Of a stretch of DNA of 64,000 bases, positions 1-9,452 are shown in pieces. The position numbers were made by a program, and so were the translations under genes. The notes under the pieces were generated by a model. That model made no database searches, was not told the DNA's origin, and saw nothing but the letters and a program-made list of their open reading frames with translations. This DNA comes from Candidatus Brocadiia bacterium. Lineage in GTDB: Bacteria > Planctomycetota > Brocadiia > CAIUPP01. The DNA lies in the NCBI GenBank assembly GCA_050015075.1, contig JBEKCB010000006.1, positions 96,001 to 160,000 of the forward strand, read 5' to 3'. How positions within the stretch are numbered: the first letter of the stretch is position 1; every line of letters starts with the position of its first letter.

Positions 1-2
1 AT

Positions 3-953
3 GTCGAGAACGGCACCGTCATCCTCATCGCCGCGACGACGCTCAACCCGTTCTTCGCGATCAACTCTCCCCTGCTCTCCCGCTCGCAGATTTTCGAGTT
101 CAAGCCGCTGACCGAGGAAGAGGTGCAACTCATCCTGCGGCGCGCCGCCGCTGACGAGGAGCGCGGTTTCGGCAAGCTGAACCTCGACCTCCGCGACGAC
201 GCGGTCGCCTATCTCGCACGGCTGTCCGACGGCGACGCGCGCCGCGCGCTCAACGCGCTCGAAGTGGCCGTGCTCTCCTCGAAGCCCGGCGCGGACGGGC
301 GGACGGTCGTGGATGCCGCGCTCGCCGCGGAATCCATCCAGCGGAAGGCGCTCGTCTACGATCGCGACGAGGACGAGCATTACGACACGGCGTCGGCGTT
401 CATCAAGAGCCTGCGCGGATCGGACCCGGACGCGGCGCTCTACTGGCTGGCCAAGATGCTCGAGGGCGGCGAGGACCCGCGCTTCATCGCCCGGCGGATG
501 GTGATCCTCTCGTCGGAGGACATCGGGAACGCGCAGCCGATGGCGCTGGTGCTCGCGACCTCGGCGATGCAGGCGTGCGAGTTCGTCGGCATGCCGGAGG
601 CGCAGATCATCCTGGCGCACGCGGCGACGTACCTGGCCTGCTGCCCGAAGAGCAACGCTTCCTACTCGGCGCTGCTGGCGGCGCAGGAAGACGTGCGCGA
701 AGGCCGCACGCTGCCGGTGCCGCAACCGCTGCGCAGCACCGGTTACAAGGGCGCGGAGCGCCTCGGGCGCGGCACGGGATACAAGTACGCGCACGATTTC
801 GCGGACCACTGGGTGGACCAGGAATACGTGCCGACGGACAAGGTCTATTACGAGCCGACCGATATCGGCGCCGAGAAGCAGGTCAAGGAGCGGCTGGAGG
901 AATGGAGAAGAAGGAGGCGCGAAGGCAAGTCGGACAAGCCGTCCGGCGCCTGA
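3..953 (+). CDS. rarA: Replication-associated recombination protein A (RarA/MgsA AAA+ ATPase), 5' truncated by window edge
   Basis: Frame is open from the window start (VENGTVILIAATTLNPFFAINSPLLSR); motifs DGDARRALNALE, HYDTASAFIKSLRGSDPDAALYWLA, SEDIGNA, GYKYAHD. Confidence 0.95.
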   Translation, partial: VENGTVILIAATTLNPFFAINSPLLSRSQIFEFKPLTEEEVQLILRRAAADEERGFGKLNLDLRDDAVAYLARLSDGDARRALNALEVAVLSSKPGADGRTVVDAALAAESIQRKALVYDRDEDEHYDTASAFIKSLRGSDPDAALYWLAKMLEGGEDPRFIARRMVILSSEDIGNAQPMALVLATSAMQACEFVGMPEAQIILAHAATYLACCPKSNASYSALLAAQEDVREGRTLPVPQPLRSTGYKGAERLGRGTGYKYAHDFADHWVDQEYVPTDKVYYEPTDIGAEKQVKERLEEWRRRRREGKSDKPSGA

Positions 954-1465
954 CCGCGGCGGAACGCGCGCAGAAATCGGCGGCGATCCGGCTGCGAATG
1001 AACGCCCTGCCGGAACTGCGCCGGGCGCAAGTCGTCATGGGTTTCCTGCCGATGCCGGACGAACTGGACACCCTGCCGATCCTGGCCGACCTGCTGGCGG
1101 CGGGCAAGCGCGTGTACGTCCCGCGCACCTTCGTGCGCGAAAGGCGCATGATCCCCGTCCGCCTGGCCGATCTCGGCAAGATGCGGCAGGGCGAGTACGA
1201 CATCCTCGAACCGGAGACGGAGGAGACGTGCGCCGTTGACGAACTGGACGTCGTCATCGTCCCCGGCCGCGCGTTCGACCGGAAAGGGAACCGGCTAGGA
1301 CGCGGCGCAGGATTCTACGACGAGTTCATGGCGCAGGCGGGCTTCCGGGCGATCCGCTGCGGCGTGGCGTTCGCGTGCCAGGTGCTCGACGAGGTTCCCC
1401 ACACCGAAAACGACCTGCCGGTGGCGATGCTGGTGACGGAGAATGAAACGCTCCGCTGCGGTTAG
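902..1465 (+). CDS. 5-formyltetrahydrofolate cyclo-ligase
   Basis: ATG at 902 after GGAGG (MEKKEARR...); motifs IVPGRAFDRKGNRLGRGAGFYD and VPHTENDLPV. Confidence 0.92.
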   Translation: MEKKEARRQVGQAVRRLTAAERAQKSAAIRLRMNALPELRRAQVVMGFLPMPDELDTLPILADLLAAGKRVYVPRTFVRERRMIPVRLADLGKMRQGEYDILEPETEETCAVDELDVVIVPGRAFDRKGNRLGRGAGFYDEFMAQAGFRAIRCGVAFACQVLDEVPHTENDLPVAMLVTENETLRCG

Positions 1466-1508
1466 TGCTTCCTTGCGGAAATTGGCGTCCTATTTCCGCA
1501 AGGAAGCA
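1466..1508. repeat. Perfect 17-bp inverted repeat (hairpin), possible terminator or MITE-like element
   Basis: tgcttccttgcggaaat-N9-atttccgcaaggaagca directly after the cyclo-ligase stop codon. Confidence 0.8.
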
Positions 1509-1558
1509 TGACCGCAATTAGCCGCGTCGTTATACCGAGTTATACGTTCCGTTGGGCC

Positions 1559-1604
1559 GTGTTTAGTTGCGTAAATTGGTACGCCAATTTACGCAACTAA
1601 ACAC
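1559..1604. repeat. Perfect 21-bp inverted repeat (hairpin), related to the 1466-1508 element
   Basis: gtgtttagttgcgtaaattgg-tacg-ccaatttacgcaactaaacac. Confidence 0.85.
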
Positions 1605-2101
1605 TAGTGCACCAACGCGTACGTCCACGACGTCTTGAGGTAATCCTCGACGAGGCTGCCGGTGTGGAGCATCCAGGCGCACCGGCCAAGGTGATAGGCG
1701 ATTACAACCCCGCCGGCGACGCAGGCGACGCGCTTCGAGTAAAGGAACGAATAGAAAGCGCATCGTCTCCGCCGCCATAGTTCGCAGATCGAGACCAGCG
1801 GCGCAGCGACGAATAGAAGGAAGAGCGGCAGGCTGAGCGCGTTCTGGCGCAGCGCTTCCACGACGTTCCGCGTCGCGAGCGCGCAGAAAGCCCTCGTCAG
1901 CCCGCACGCGGGACAGGGCAGACCGACGAGCCCATGCAGCGGGCAGACAACCGGGCCGCTGTGGACGTGCGGCGCCCAGACGTAGGACAGAACCAGCGTG
2001 GCGGTGCAGAGGGAAATCACCGCCGCGCGGTTCCGCGTAAATCGGGCGTCCGGCAGTCCGTGTGCTTCGCAGCCCTCAAGGCTTGGCGTCGTAGATCTCA
2101 T
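1604..2101 (-). CDS. DUF2752-like membrane protein (start uncertain)
   Basis: CPLHGLVGLPCPACGLTRA motif plus hydrophobic segments. Confidence 0.8.
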   Translation of the reverse strand: MRSTTPSLEGCEAHGLPDARFTRNRAAVISLCTATLVLSYVWAPHVHSGPVVCPLHGLVGLPCPACGLTRAFCALATRNVVEALRQNALSLPLFLLFVAAPLVSICELWRRRRCAFYSFLYSKRVACVAGGVVIAYHLGRCAWMLHTGSLVEDYLKTSWTYALVH

Positions 2102-2438
2102 TGATATGGCTCTGCACGATCATCGCGGCCACCATCGGAACGAAGAGCCCGAGGACCACGAGCAATGTGGATTTATCCTTGAGTTCCTTGCCGGTCAGCT
2201 TCCCAAGGTCCTCAAGGCACTGGCCGCACTGATAGTAGAAGTAAACGTTCACCGGCATGCAGCAACCGGCGATGACTGCGATCACCGGCGAGATTACGGG
2301 CCGGCCCGAAACGGCATTCATCACCTCCGCCGTCTTGATGTTCCAATAAATCAGGTACAGCCCGCACGTGACGAGCCCGAGGATGAGCACCAGGATCGGG
2401 TCTTGACGGTGTACGGGAATGCTGCTCCTCTCGACCAT
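2076..2438 (-). CDS. DUF4234-like small membrane protein
   Basis: LILGLVTCGLYLIYW N-terminus and Q.xIN C-terminus; AGGAG RBS. Confidence 0.75.
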   Translation of the reverse strand: MVERSSIPVHRQDPILVLILGLVTCGLYLIYWNIKTAEVMNAVSGRPVISPVIAVIAGCCMPVNVYFYYQCGQCLEDLGKLTGKELKDKSTLLVVLGLFVPMVAAMIVQSHINEIYDAKP

Positions 2439-2544
2439 TGCCCTGCTCCTTTCTCTGCCCTGGAGAATGCCCGGCCCTTTTCCTCGCCGCCGCGCGGCCC
2501 ATACTCTTCATATAACGAGTTGATCGCGCGGTGTCAACGCGGCG

Positions 2545-3336
2545 TTACATCCTTCCCGCCCGCAGGAACGACTCGCTGTAGATCTGCTTGTTGAGGAGCA
2601 TCTCGGCGCAGATGGCGGCGTCCATCAGGTCGGTGTCGAGCACGTCCACGATGGCCGCGTCCAGGCCGGCGGCGATGCACATGACGAGCATGATCCGGTT
2701 GATGAGCGGGCGCTCCTGGGTGCCCTGGGAGACGTTGCTCAGGCCGACGATGGTGTGCGGCGGCGGGTCGCTGATGACCTTGATCTGCTGGAAGACCTCC
2801 ATCAGGTAGCCAGGCTGCTTCTGGTCCACGTTGACCGGGAAGATGACCGGGTCAATGAAGATGCGGTCGAACTCGAGGCCGTGCTCGAGCGCTTTGCCGC
2901 AGATCTGGCCGATGGCCTCGACACGGCTGTCCACGTCCTGCAGCGGCCCTTTGTCGGTCATCGTGAGGACGACGAGCGAGGCGCTGTGCTTGACGGCCAG
3001 CGGCATGAACTGGTTCAGGAACACCTCGTCGCATTTGCAGGAGTTGATCATCGGCGGCCGCTTGACCGCGGAGAGACCGGCCTCGAGGACGGGGATTTTC
3101 TGGCTGTCCAGCGCCAGGGGCGTATCGCAGACCTCCTGGACCGCCTGGACCATCCACTTCATCACCGCCGGCTGCTCGTCGGGCCCGACGGCGACGCCGG
3201 TGTTGATGTCCAGGTACTTCGCGCCCTCCTTCGTCTGCCGGATCGCCAGGTCCTGGAGGACGGCCTTGTCCTTGTTCCGGATCGCCTTTTTCACATCCTT
3301 GAACATCCCGTTGATTCGCTCGCCGACTGCGATCAT
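2545..3336 (-). CDS. acsE: Methyltetrahydrofolate:corrinoid/iron-sulfur protein methyltransferase
   Basis: MIAVGERING, YLDIN, LALDS, MINS, FIDP and GLSNVSQG pterin-binding motifs; located in the acs cluster. Confidence 0.92.
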   Translation of the reverse strand: MIAVGERINGMFKDVKKAIRNKDKAVLQDLAIRQTKEGAKYLDINTGVAVGPDEQPAVMKWMVQAVQEVCDTPLALDSQKIPVLEAGLSAVKRPPMINSCKCDEVFLNQFMPLAVKHSASLVVLTMTDKGPLQDVDSRVEAIGQICGKALEHGLEFDRIFIDPVIFPVNVDQKQPGYLMEVFQQIKVISDPPPHTIVGLSNVSQGTQERPLINRIMLVMCIAAGLDAAIVDVLDTDLMDAAICAEMLLNKQIYSESFLRAGRM

Positions 3337-3384
3337 TTCTCTTATCCTTTCTCAATACGGAGAACCGTTCCCGCAGGACACATA

Positions 3385-4047
3385 TCAGTTTCTCATCCTG
3401 ATCATCCCCACGCCCATCCTCTGCTCCGCGGCCATGTTCCACATATCGCAAAAGACGTGCGTGTATGCAAATCTGCCGGCGTCGCTGCCGGCCAGGATCG
3501 CATTGAGCGCGTCGCCCGGGCCTCGACTGCCGCATACGTCGTGCAGCAGGACCAGGCCTCCCGGCCGCACGAGCGGGGAATACGTCCGCCAGTCAAACAA
3601 GACGCTCTCGACCGCGTGATCGCCGTCAATGTGCAGCACGTCAACGCGGCGACTTTCCAACGCGCGGTTTACGGGCTCAAAAGCCGCCTGCGATTGGGCG
3701 CGAACCTCTGACACGTCCACGCCCGTGTCGGTGAGCAACTTCCGATAGACCGGCCAGCCGGGCGAGAACGTCGGGTCAACGGCGATGTACTTGAGGGCAG
3801 ACATGCAAAAAGGACGCATCGCGTAGGACCACCCGCCATGCTGAACTCCGATTTCAAGCACCGTGTGAGCGCGCGTTATCCAGACCTCACCGGCGGCTGC
3901 CGCCATCTCGCCGGGCGACTGATTGATCATGTAGCCGACCTCGGACGCCTTCTTGAACGCGTCGTTGATGAGCACTCGCGGCATGAGCAACGACAGCGAG
4001 GCGGATTTCATGCGCGCCCATGACCGCGCACGACCGAAGTCAATCAT
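3385..4047 (-). CDS. Class I SAM-dependent methyltransferase (Methyltransf_24-like); alternative start at 3930
   Basis: LEIGVQHGG, AVD, LHIDGDH and LVRPGGLVLLHD motifs. Confidence 0.8.
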   Translation of the reverse strand: MIDFGRARSWARMKSASLSLLMPRVLINDAFKKASEVGYMINQSPGEMAAAAGEVWITRAHTVLEIGVQHGGWSYAMRPFCMSALKYIAVDPTFSPGWPVYRKLLTDTGVDVSEVRAQSQAAFEPVNRALESRRVDVLHIDGDHAVESVLFDWRTYSPLVRPGGLVLLHDVCGSRGPGDALNAILAGSDAGRFAYTHVFCDMWNMAAEQRMGVGMIRMRN

Positions 4048-4111
4048 CTGCGATCCTTCAACTCCGCCATTCCTTCTTCGTGCCCTCCACGTCTCCGCGT
4101 TGACCAGGAAC

Positions 4112-5074
4112 TCAAGCCGTGAGATCGTCAATCACGCGCCGCGTTGTCGCGATGGCTTTCGGGTGACGCATGCGGATGATGTCGGCCCCGGCCTGGAGCA
4201 GCGTGACGGCGGTGAGCATTTCCCAGGCCGGCCCGCGCTCCTTCTGCGGCCCCCAGGCGGGCGCATCGGCATCCTCGGCCTTGGCCTCTTTCGCGCGCCA
4301 TGCCTCGTTGCCGGCGTCCACGAGGACCGGCATCCGCATCATCTTGTCGCCGGCCAGCGCCGCGAGACGGCTGCGCTCCTGGATCGAGTAAGCGTATTCC
4401 AGTCCGTAGCCGAGCGCGCCGGTCGTCGGGAACATCACGATTCGATCGGCCGGGAACTCCATGTCGCTGATGAGGATGTGGACCTGCTTCTGGATATTGA
4501 TGTCCAGCGGCGCGAGCGCGATGAGGTTGTGGCCGTCGGCATGGCAGACGGCGGTGATCGTCTTGTAGTTGTCCTGCTTCGCGCAGCCGAGGAGGCAGCG
4601 TTCGCCTTTGACCGCCTGGCTGACCTTGGGCATGAGTTCGTTGTCCTTGGCCTCGTCGTCGCAGCCCCAGATGATCAGCGGGCAGCCGACGGCGTCGCGG
4701 ACGCGCTTCACCACATCCACGGCGTGCTCGACGGGACGATTGCCCTTGTCGGGATGGCAGCCGTCGAGCTTGAGGCAGACGAGGTCGGCGCCGAATTTTC
4801 CGACGGCGGCCTTGGCCCACTCGGCCGGGTCGCGGACGCAGTCGCCGAGCGCCTCGCGCAAAGCCGCCGGCCATTCGGGCGGCGCGACGTCGAGCACGTC
4901 CATGGCGATCACGGGGCGGTGGCCCTGCTTGCCTTCGTACTTGATGTACGGGATGGTTTTCGCCCCGCCCACGGTGATGGTTTTCTCGCGCGTGCCGCCT
5001 TCCGCCTTCGTCGCCCCGAGGACGACCGAAACGACTTCGGCGCTCCACTTCTCTTTCACGTCGGGTACGGGCAT
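4112..5074 (-). CDS. acsD: Corrinoid iron-sulfur protein small subunit (CdhD/AcsD)
   Basis: ATG at 5074 after GGTGA; ITVGG, DINIQKQ, ALGYGLEYAYSIQERSRLAALAGD, GADIIRMRHP. Confidence 0.95.
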   Translation of the reverse strand: MPVPDVKEKWSAEVVSVVLGATKAEGGTREKTITVGGAKTIPYIKYEGKQGHRPVIAMDVLDVAPPEWPAALREALGDCVRDPAEWAKAAVGKFGADLVCLKLDGCHPDKGNRPVEHAVDVVKRVRDAVGCPLIIWGCDDEAKDNELMPKVSQAVKGERCLLGCAKQDNYKTITAVCHADGHNLIALAPLDINIQKQVHILISDMEFPADRIVMFPTTGALGYGLEYAYSIQERSRLAALAGDKMMRMPVLVDAGNEAWRAKEAKAEDADAPAWGPQKERGPAWEMLTAVTLLQAGADIIRMRHPKAIATTRRVIDDLTA

Positions 5075-5201
5075 GATTTCACCTTTCTCTTTTCGCGGCG
5101 AACGGCCGGGACAACCGGACAGGCCCATTATACAACTGTTTGCGGGTTATTCCAGCGCCTAACGTAGTATCCAGGAAATCACACACATAAGATTAGCCCG
5201 C

Positions 5202-5287
5202 GTCATGCTGAGCGCAGCGAAGCATCTCATATCTTAGCCCATTGCCAGCGCGCAGTGTATGAGATTCCTCGCTCCGCTCGGAATGAC
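5202..5287. repeat. REP/REPIN-like palindromic element
   Basis: gtcatgctgagcgcagcgaagcatctc ... gagattcctcgctccgctcggaatgac imperfect inverted pair. Confidence 0.75.
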
Positions 5288-5321
5288 CGCGCATTACGAA
5301 ACTTATTCCTGAAGCACCGCT

Positions 5322-6080
5322 CTAGGGAACCCGCGTGTCGAGAAACTTACTCAGTTGCTGAAGCGCCTCCGACGAGTCGGGCAGATCGAAGACCGGCTTG
5401 CCGGCCGCGCACGCCTGATACAGGCCGCGGTCGTACGGCACTTCCAGCGCCACGTTGAAGCCGGCGTCGCGCATCGCGGCCCGGAAATCGGCCGCGTCCG
5501 CGCCCGGGACGATGTTGTTCAGCAGCACTTCCTTGCGCTTGACTCGGATCGGGAGCGAGTCCGCCAGTTTCATGATCCGCCCGACGGTGCGCGCGCCCTG
5601 CCGCGTGGCATCGGAGACGACGAACAGCTCGTCCACGTTGTTCGTCGTCCTGCGCGAGAGATGCTCCATGCCCGCCTCGTTGTCAATGACGACGATCGGG
5701 TATTCCTTCGTCGCCTCGTCGAGGTACTTGCGCAGGAGGTTGTTGACATAGCAGTAGCACTTCGGGCCTTCAGGCCGGCCCATCGTCAGCAGATCGAATT
5801 TGTTGCCTTCGACCAGGCAGCTCTGGATCAGGAGTTCGAGGTGCCGCTCCTTGGACATTCCGGCCGAAAGCTGGAGCCGGTCCTCGCGCGTGTCCTCGCG
5901 GATGTCCGCCAGGGTATGCTCCGGCGAGATGCCGAGCGCCTCGCCCAGGCCGCTGTTCGGATCCGCGTCCACCGCCAGCACCGCTTTGCCGCGCGCGTGG
6001 CTCAGGTGCCGCACCATCAGCGCCGCCAGCGTGGTCTTGCCCATGCCGCCTTTGCCTGAAAGCGCAATGACAAATCCCAT
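5322..6080 (-). CDS. cooC: CooC/AcsF-type nickel insertion ATPase
   Basis: GKGGMGKTT, DADPN, GPKCYC and DNEAGMEHLSR motifs. Confidence 0.9.
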   Translation of the reverse strand: MGFVIALSGKGGMGKTTLAALMVRHLSHARGKAVLAVDADPNSGLGEALGISPEHTLADIREDTREDRLQLSAGMSKERHLELLIQSCLVEGNKFDLLTMGRPEGPKCYCYVNNLLRKYLDEATKEYPIVVIDNEAGMEHLSRRTTNNVDELFVVSDATRQGARTVGRIMKLADSLPIRVKRKEVLLNNIVPGADAADFRAAMRDAGFNVALEVPYDRGLYQACAAGKPVFDLPDSSEALQQLSKFLDTRVP

Positions 6081-6106
6081 AACACGTTACTCCGCAACGG
6101 GTTCCG

Positions 6107-8047
6107 TTATTTTTCGTTCGACCGTTTCAGGTCCGGCAACTCGGCCAGCAGGCTCGGGAACTCCTCCATGTTCGTGTGCGGTAGGAAGTTCGCCGCGACG
6201 AATTCTTCCATAAAGCGCGCGTTCTGCATGAGGTCGAAGTACGCCATCTGCGAGGCGAGTTTCTCCACCGTGTCCATGGCCTCCTCGCTGACGAGCGCCA
6301 TCCGCGCGCCGGTGACGCTGCCGTTGCCGACGAAATGGATCCGCTCGTTCTCCACGTCCGGCAGCATGCCGATCGCGATCGCGCTGCGCACGTCCAGGTA
6401 ATTTCCGAACCCTCCGGCGAGAAATATCTGCTGGATCCGGTCGGTGGTCAGGTCGAGCGATTCGAGGAGCACTTTGACCGAGGCATAAATGGCGGCCTTG
6501 GCGCGGATGAGGTTGCGGACGTCGGACTGCGTGATGACGAGGTCGGTGTCGAGGCTGGTGAGGTGTTTCGGGACGACCATGAATTCGAGGCCTTCCGCGC
6601 CTTCGCGCACGTTCGGAGCGGCGCGCTGCAGCGTGCCGCGGCGGTCGAGGATGCCGACGCGCAGCATCCATGCGAGCGCATCGAGCAGGCCGGAGCCGCA
6701 CAGGCCGCGCGGCGGGAGCTTGCCGATCGTCTCGAACTCGGTCCGGCCGTCCGGGAGTATCTTCAGGCGCTCGATGGCGCCGCGCGCGGCGCGCATGCCG
6801 TGCTTCACGCCGCTGCCTTCGAAGGCCGGCCCCGCGGAGGCCGAGCAGCAGACCATCCACTCCTTGTTTCCCAGCACCACCTCGCCGTTGGTGCCGATGT
6901 CCACGTAGAGGCTCAGGTCGCTGATGTGGTCGAACCGGATGGCCGCGACGCCGGCGGTGATGTCGCTGCCGACGTACGCGCCGACGCTCGGCAGCGTATA
7001 GAGCAGGCCGCGGCCGTTGATGCGGATGCCGACCTGCGAGGCCCGGATCGGCGGAATATGGTTGGCCGACGGGACGTACGGCGCGCGCTGAATCCGCGCC
7101 GGGTCCAGGCCGATGAGGAAATGGATCATCGCGGTATTGCCGGAGCAGAGGATCGCCACCACGTCGTGCAGCGCGATGCGGTTCCGGCGCACGAGGACGT
7201 TGATCAGGTCGTTGACGTCGCCGACGACGGTCCGCTGCATCAGCCCAAGCGCCTTGTGCTCGCGCGCGTACATGATGCGCGCGATGTAGTCCTCGCCGTA
7301 CTGCATCTGCGAATTGTAACGCGCCTCGACATCCACCGTGCGCCCGGTGTTCAGGTCCACCATCTGCGCGACGACCGTGGTCGTGCCCACGTCCACCGCC
7401 AGGCCGAACGAGTGGGCGGTCGTGTCGCCCGGCTCGACCTGCACCAGCTCGGTCACCGCGCCGCGCCGGCCGAGCGTGACGGTGACGCGATAGTTCGCCT
7501 GCTCGAGCACGTCCGGGAGTCCCTGGAGCACGCTGAAGCCGGTCTGCAGTTCGCCGGCTTCCATCAGCCGCCGGATGGCCGTGTAGACGCGCTCGTGGTC
7601 CGGCAGCGGGTCGGCCATCGTGGGCGGCTTCATTTCGAGGAACAGCTTGCGGACCAGCGGCGCATGCCGGAACTCGGCGGGCGCCCAGCGGCTGACGAGC
7701 GTGCCGAATCGCTCGGCGTCCTCGTCCACGAGGATCTGGCCCGCCTGGGCCCGCGTCTCATCCGGGACAAGGATTTCGGCGTCGGTCAGCGCCCGCGCGC
7801 AGCAGGCGAGCAGGTGCTGCTGGAGCACCTCGTCGCGGCTGAGGAGCGTCGTCGGCGGGCTGTCCACGCGGCCGGACTTGAGGACGACCTTGCACTTGCC
7901 GCAGATGCCGTCGCCGCCGCAAACGGAATTCAGGTAGACGTTCGCGAGGCGGGCGGCGTCGAGGATCGTGGTGCCTTGCGGGACGGAGACGCCGATGCCG
8001 TCGGGAAGGAAACGGATGTGGCATTTCGGCGGCGCCTGGGTGTTCAT
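6107..8047 (-). CDS. acsV: Reductive activator of corrinoid protein (RACo/AcsV; 2Fe-2S plus ASKHA ATPase)
   Basis: CGGDGICGKC...LACC, DVGTTT, DIGTNGE, SAGPAFEG, GLCGSG, LAGGFG. Confidence 0.92.
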   Translation of the reverse strand: MNTQAPPKCHIRFLPDGIGVSVPQGTTILDAARLANVYLNSVCGGDGICGKCKVVLKSGRVDSPPTTLLSRDEVLQQHLLACCARALTDAEILVPDETRAQAGQILVDEDAERFGTLVSRWAPAEFRHAPLVRKLFLEMKPPTMADPLPDHERVYTAIRRLMEAGELQTGFSVLQGLPDVLEQANYRVTVTLGRRGAVTELVQVEPGDTTAHSFGLAVDVGTTTVVAQMVDLNTGRTVDVEARYNSQMQYGEDYIARIMYAREHKALGLMQRTVVGDVNDLINVLVRRNRIALHDVVAILCSGNTAMIHFLIGLDPARIQRAPYVPSANHIPPIRASQVGIRINGRGLLYTLPSVGAYVGSDITAGVAAIRFDHISDLSLYVDIGTNGEVVLGNKEWMVCCSASAGPAFEGSGVKHGMRAARGAIERLKILPDGRTEFETIGKLPPRGLCGSGLLDALAWMLRVGILDRRGTLQRAAPNVREGAEGLEFMVVPKHLTSLDTDLVITQSDVRNLIRAKAAIYASVKVLLESLDLTTDRIQQIFLAGGFGNYLDVRSAIAIGMLPDVENERIHFVGNGSVTGARMALVSEEAMDTVEKLASQMAYFDLMQNARFMEEFVAANFLPHTNMEEFPSLLAELPDLKRSNEK

Positions 8048-8059
8048 GCCGATGCCCCG

Positions 8060-9415
8060 TCAGCTTTTCGGGGCGTGCTGCGGCCAGACGGTCTTGAGGA
8101 ACGCCGGGAGCATGGAAGCCTCCTTCGGACCGACGAGGATTTCCCACCCGGTGGCCTCCTCGAGCTTGCCGGAAAGCACGGCGATGTGGCCCGGGATGAT
8201 GAGCTTCCGGTGGCGCACGATTTCCTCGGCCTTCGTGTCCTTCAGCGCCTTCGCGACGACTTTCTCATTGAGCTTGTCGCCGGAGTAGGCGGTCAGGACG
8301 GAGGTGCCCTCCGTATCCACGGCGATGATCCACGCCGGCACGCGGCTCGCTTCGACCTCGCCTTCGACCGAATAGTAGGTCAGGGAGAAGTTGGTCGTGA
8401 ACATGACCGGCGAGTCCTTGCCCGGCTCGCGGATGGCGTAGAGCTTCGCTTCGACCTGGATCGGTTTCTGCGGATCGGTGTAGATGTTCTGGCGGACCGT
8501 GAGCATCGGCAGGATCTGCCAGGGCTCGGCGCAGGAGGTGACGACGACGCCGGCGTATTTGGCGATGGCGCTGCCGGCGACGGCGATCTCGTCGAAGGGA
8601 TCGGCGCGGAGAGCGAAGACCAGCGCCGGATAGCCGAGCGGCCTGAAGTTCTTCTTCAGGGCGGCGCGGCGGGCAACGGTCAGCGCCTCGACGGTCGAGC
8701 GCAGGTCGGCCATCGTCAGGTCAATGAGGATGTCCTCGACGCCGGCCGCCTTGATCTGCGGCGTGAGCGCCGAAAGCGCTTCGAGGTCGGCGGCCTTGGC
8801 CACGATCGGGCAGCGGTGCTCTTTCGCGATGGCGGTCATCGCGGCGAAGTTCGCCGGCGTCGCGGCGTGGATCAGCGGCGCGCGGGAGGCGCACGCGGCC
8901 ACGGCGGCCTTCATGTTCTCGGGGCTGTCCGAGACCAGCGCGATGGCCAGCTTCGTCGCGGCAGCCGCCTCGCGCGCGGCGGCCGCGAACGGCTCCGCCT
9001 TGCCCGAGAGGTTGCGGACGGCGATCATGTCCACCTGGATCGGCAGGCCGACGCGGATGAACGAGAGTTTCCCGATGGCATCGAGGCGGCCTTTCCGCGC
9101 GGCCGCGTCGAGCGTGTCGTCCAGGGTCACGGCGATGCCGGCCGGATTGAAGAACTTGCCCTCGTGCCGGAAGAGCACGGTCTCCTCGCCGACGGCGAAC
9201 GTCCGCCCGTCGCCGCCGAGGGTCACCTTGCGGATCGGCGGGGCCGACGCGCCGGCCAGCGCCGCCTTGGCCTCTTCGCTGACGAACGGGCACTCCTCGA
9301 TATTCGCCTTCTTCTGGGCGAGCTGCATCGCAAACGCGATGCACGTCGGCCGACCGCATTTCTTGCAGTTGGTCTTCGGCAGCAGCTTGAAGATGTCCAG
9401 GCCGGACAGAGCCAT
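8060..9415 (-). CDS. acsC: Corrinoid iron-sulfur protein large subunit (CdhE/AcsC)
   Basis: LPKTNCKKCGRPTCIAFA...CP, LFRHE, RQNIYTDPQKP, TTNFSLTY. Confidence 0.96.
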   Translation of the reverse strand: MALSGLDIFKLLPKTNCKKCGRPTCIAFAMQLAQKKANIEECPFVSEEAKAALAGASAPPIRKVTLGGDGRTFAVGEETVLFRHEGKFFNPAGIAVTLDDTLDAAARKGRLDAIGKLSFIRVGLPIQVDMIAVRNLSGKAEPFAAAAREAAAATKLAIALVSDSPENMKAAVAACASRAPLIHAATPANFAAMTAIAKEHRCPIVAKAADLEALSALTPQIKAAGVEDILIDLTMADLRSTVEALTVARRAALKKNFRPLGYPALVFALRADPFDEIAVAGSAIAKYAGVVVTSCAEPWQILPMLTVRQNIYTDPQKPIQVEAKLYAIREPGKDSPVMFTTNFSLTYYSVEGEVEASRVPAWIIAVDTEGTSVLTAYSGDKLNEKVVAKALKDTKAEEIVRHRKLIIPGHIAVLSGKLEEATGWEILVGPKEASMLPAFLKTVWPQHAPKS

Positions 9416-9452
9416 TGCAGCTCCCTTCTTTTCCTTATCCGCGGTTCGGGCG

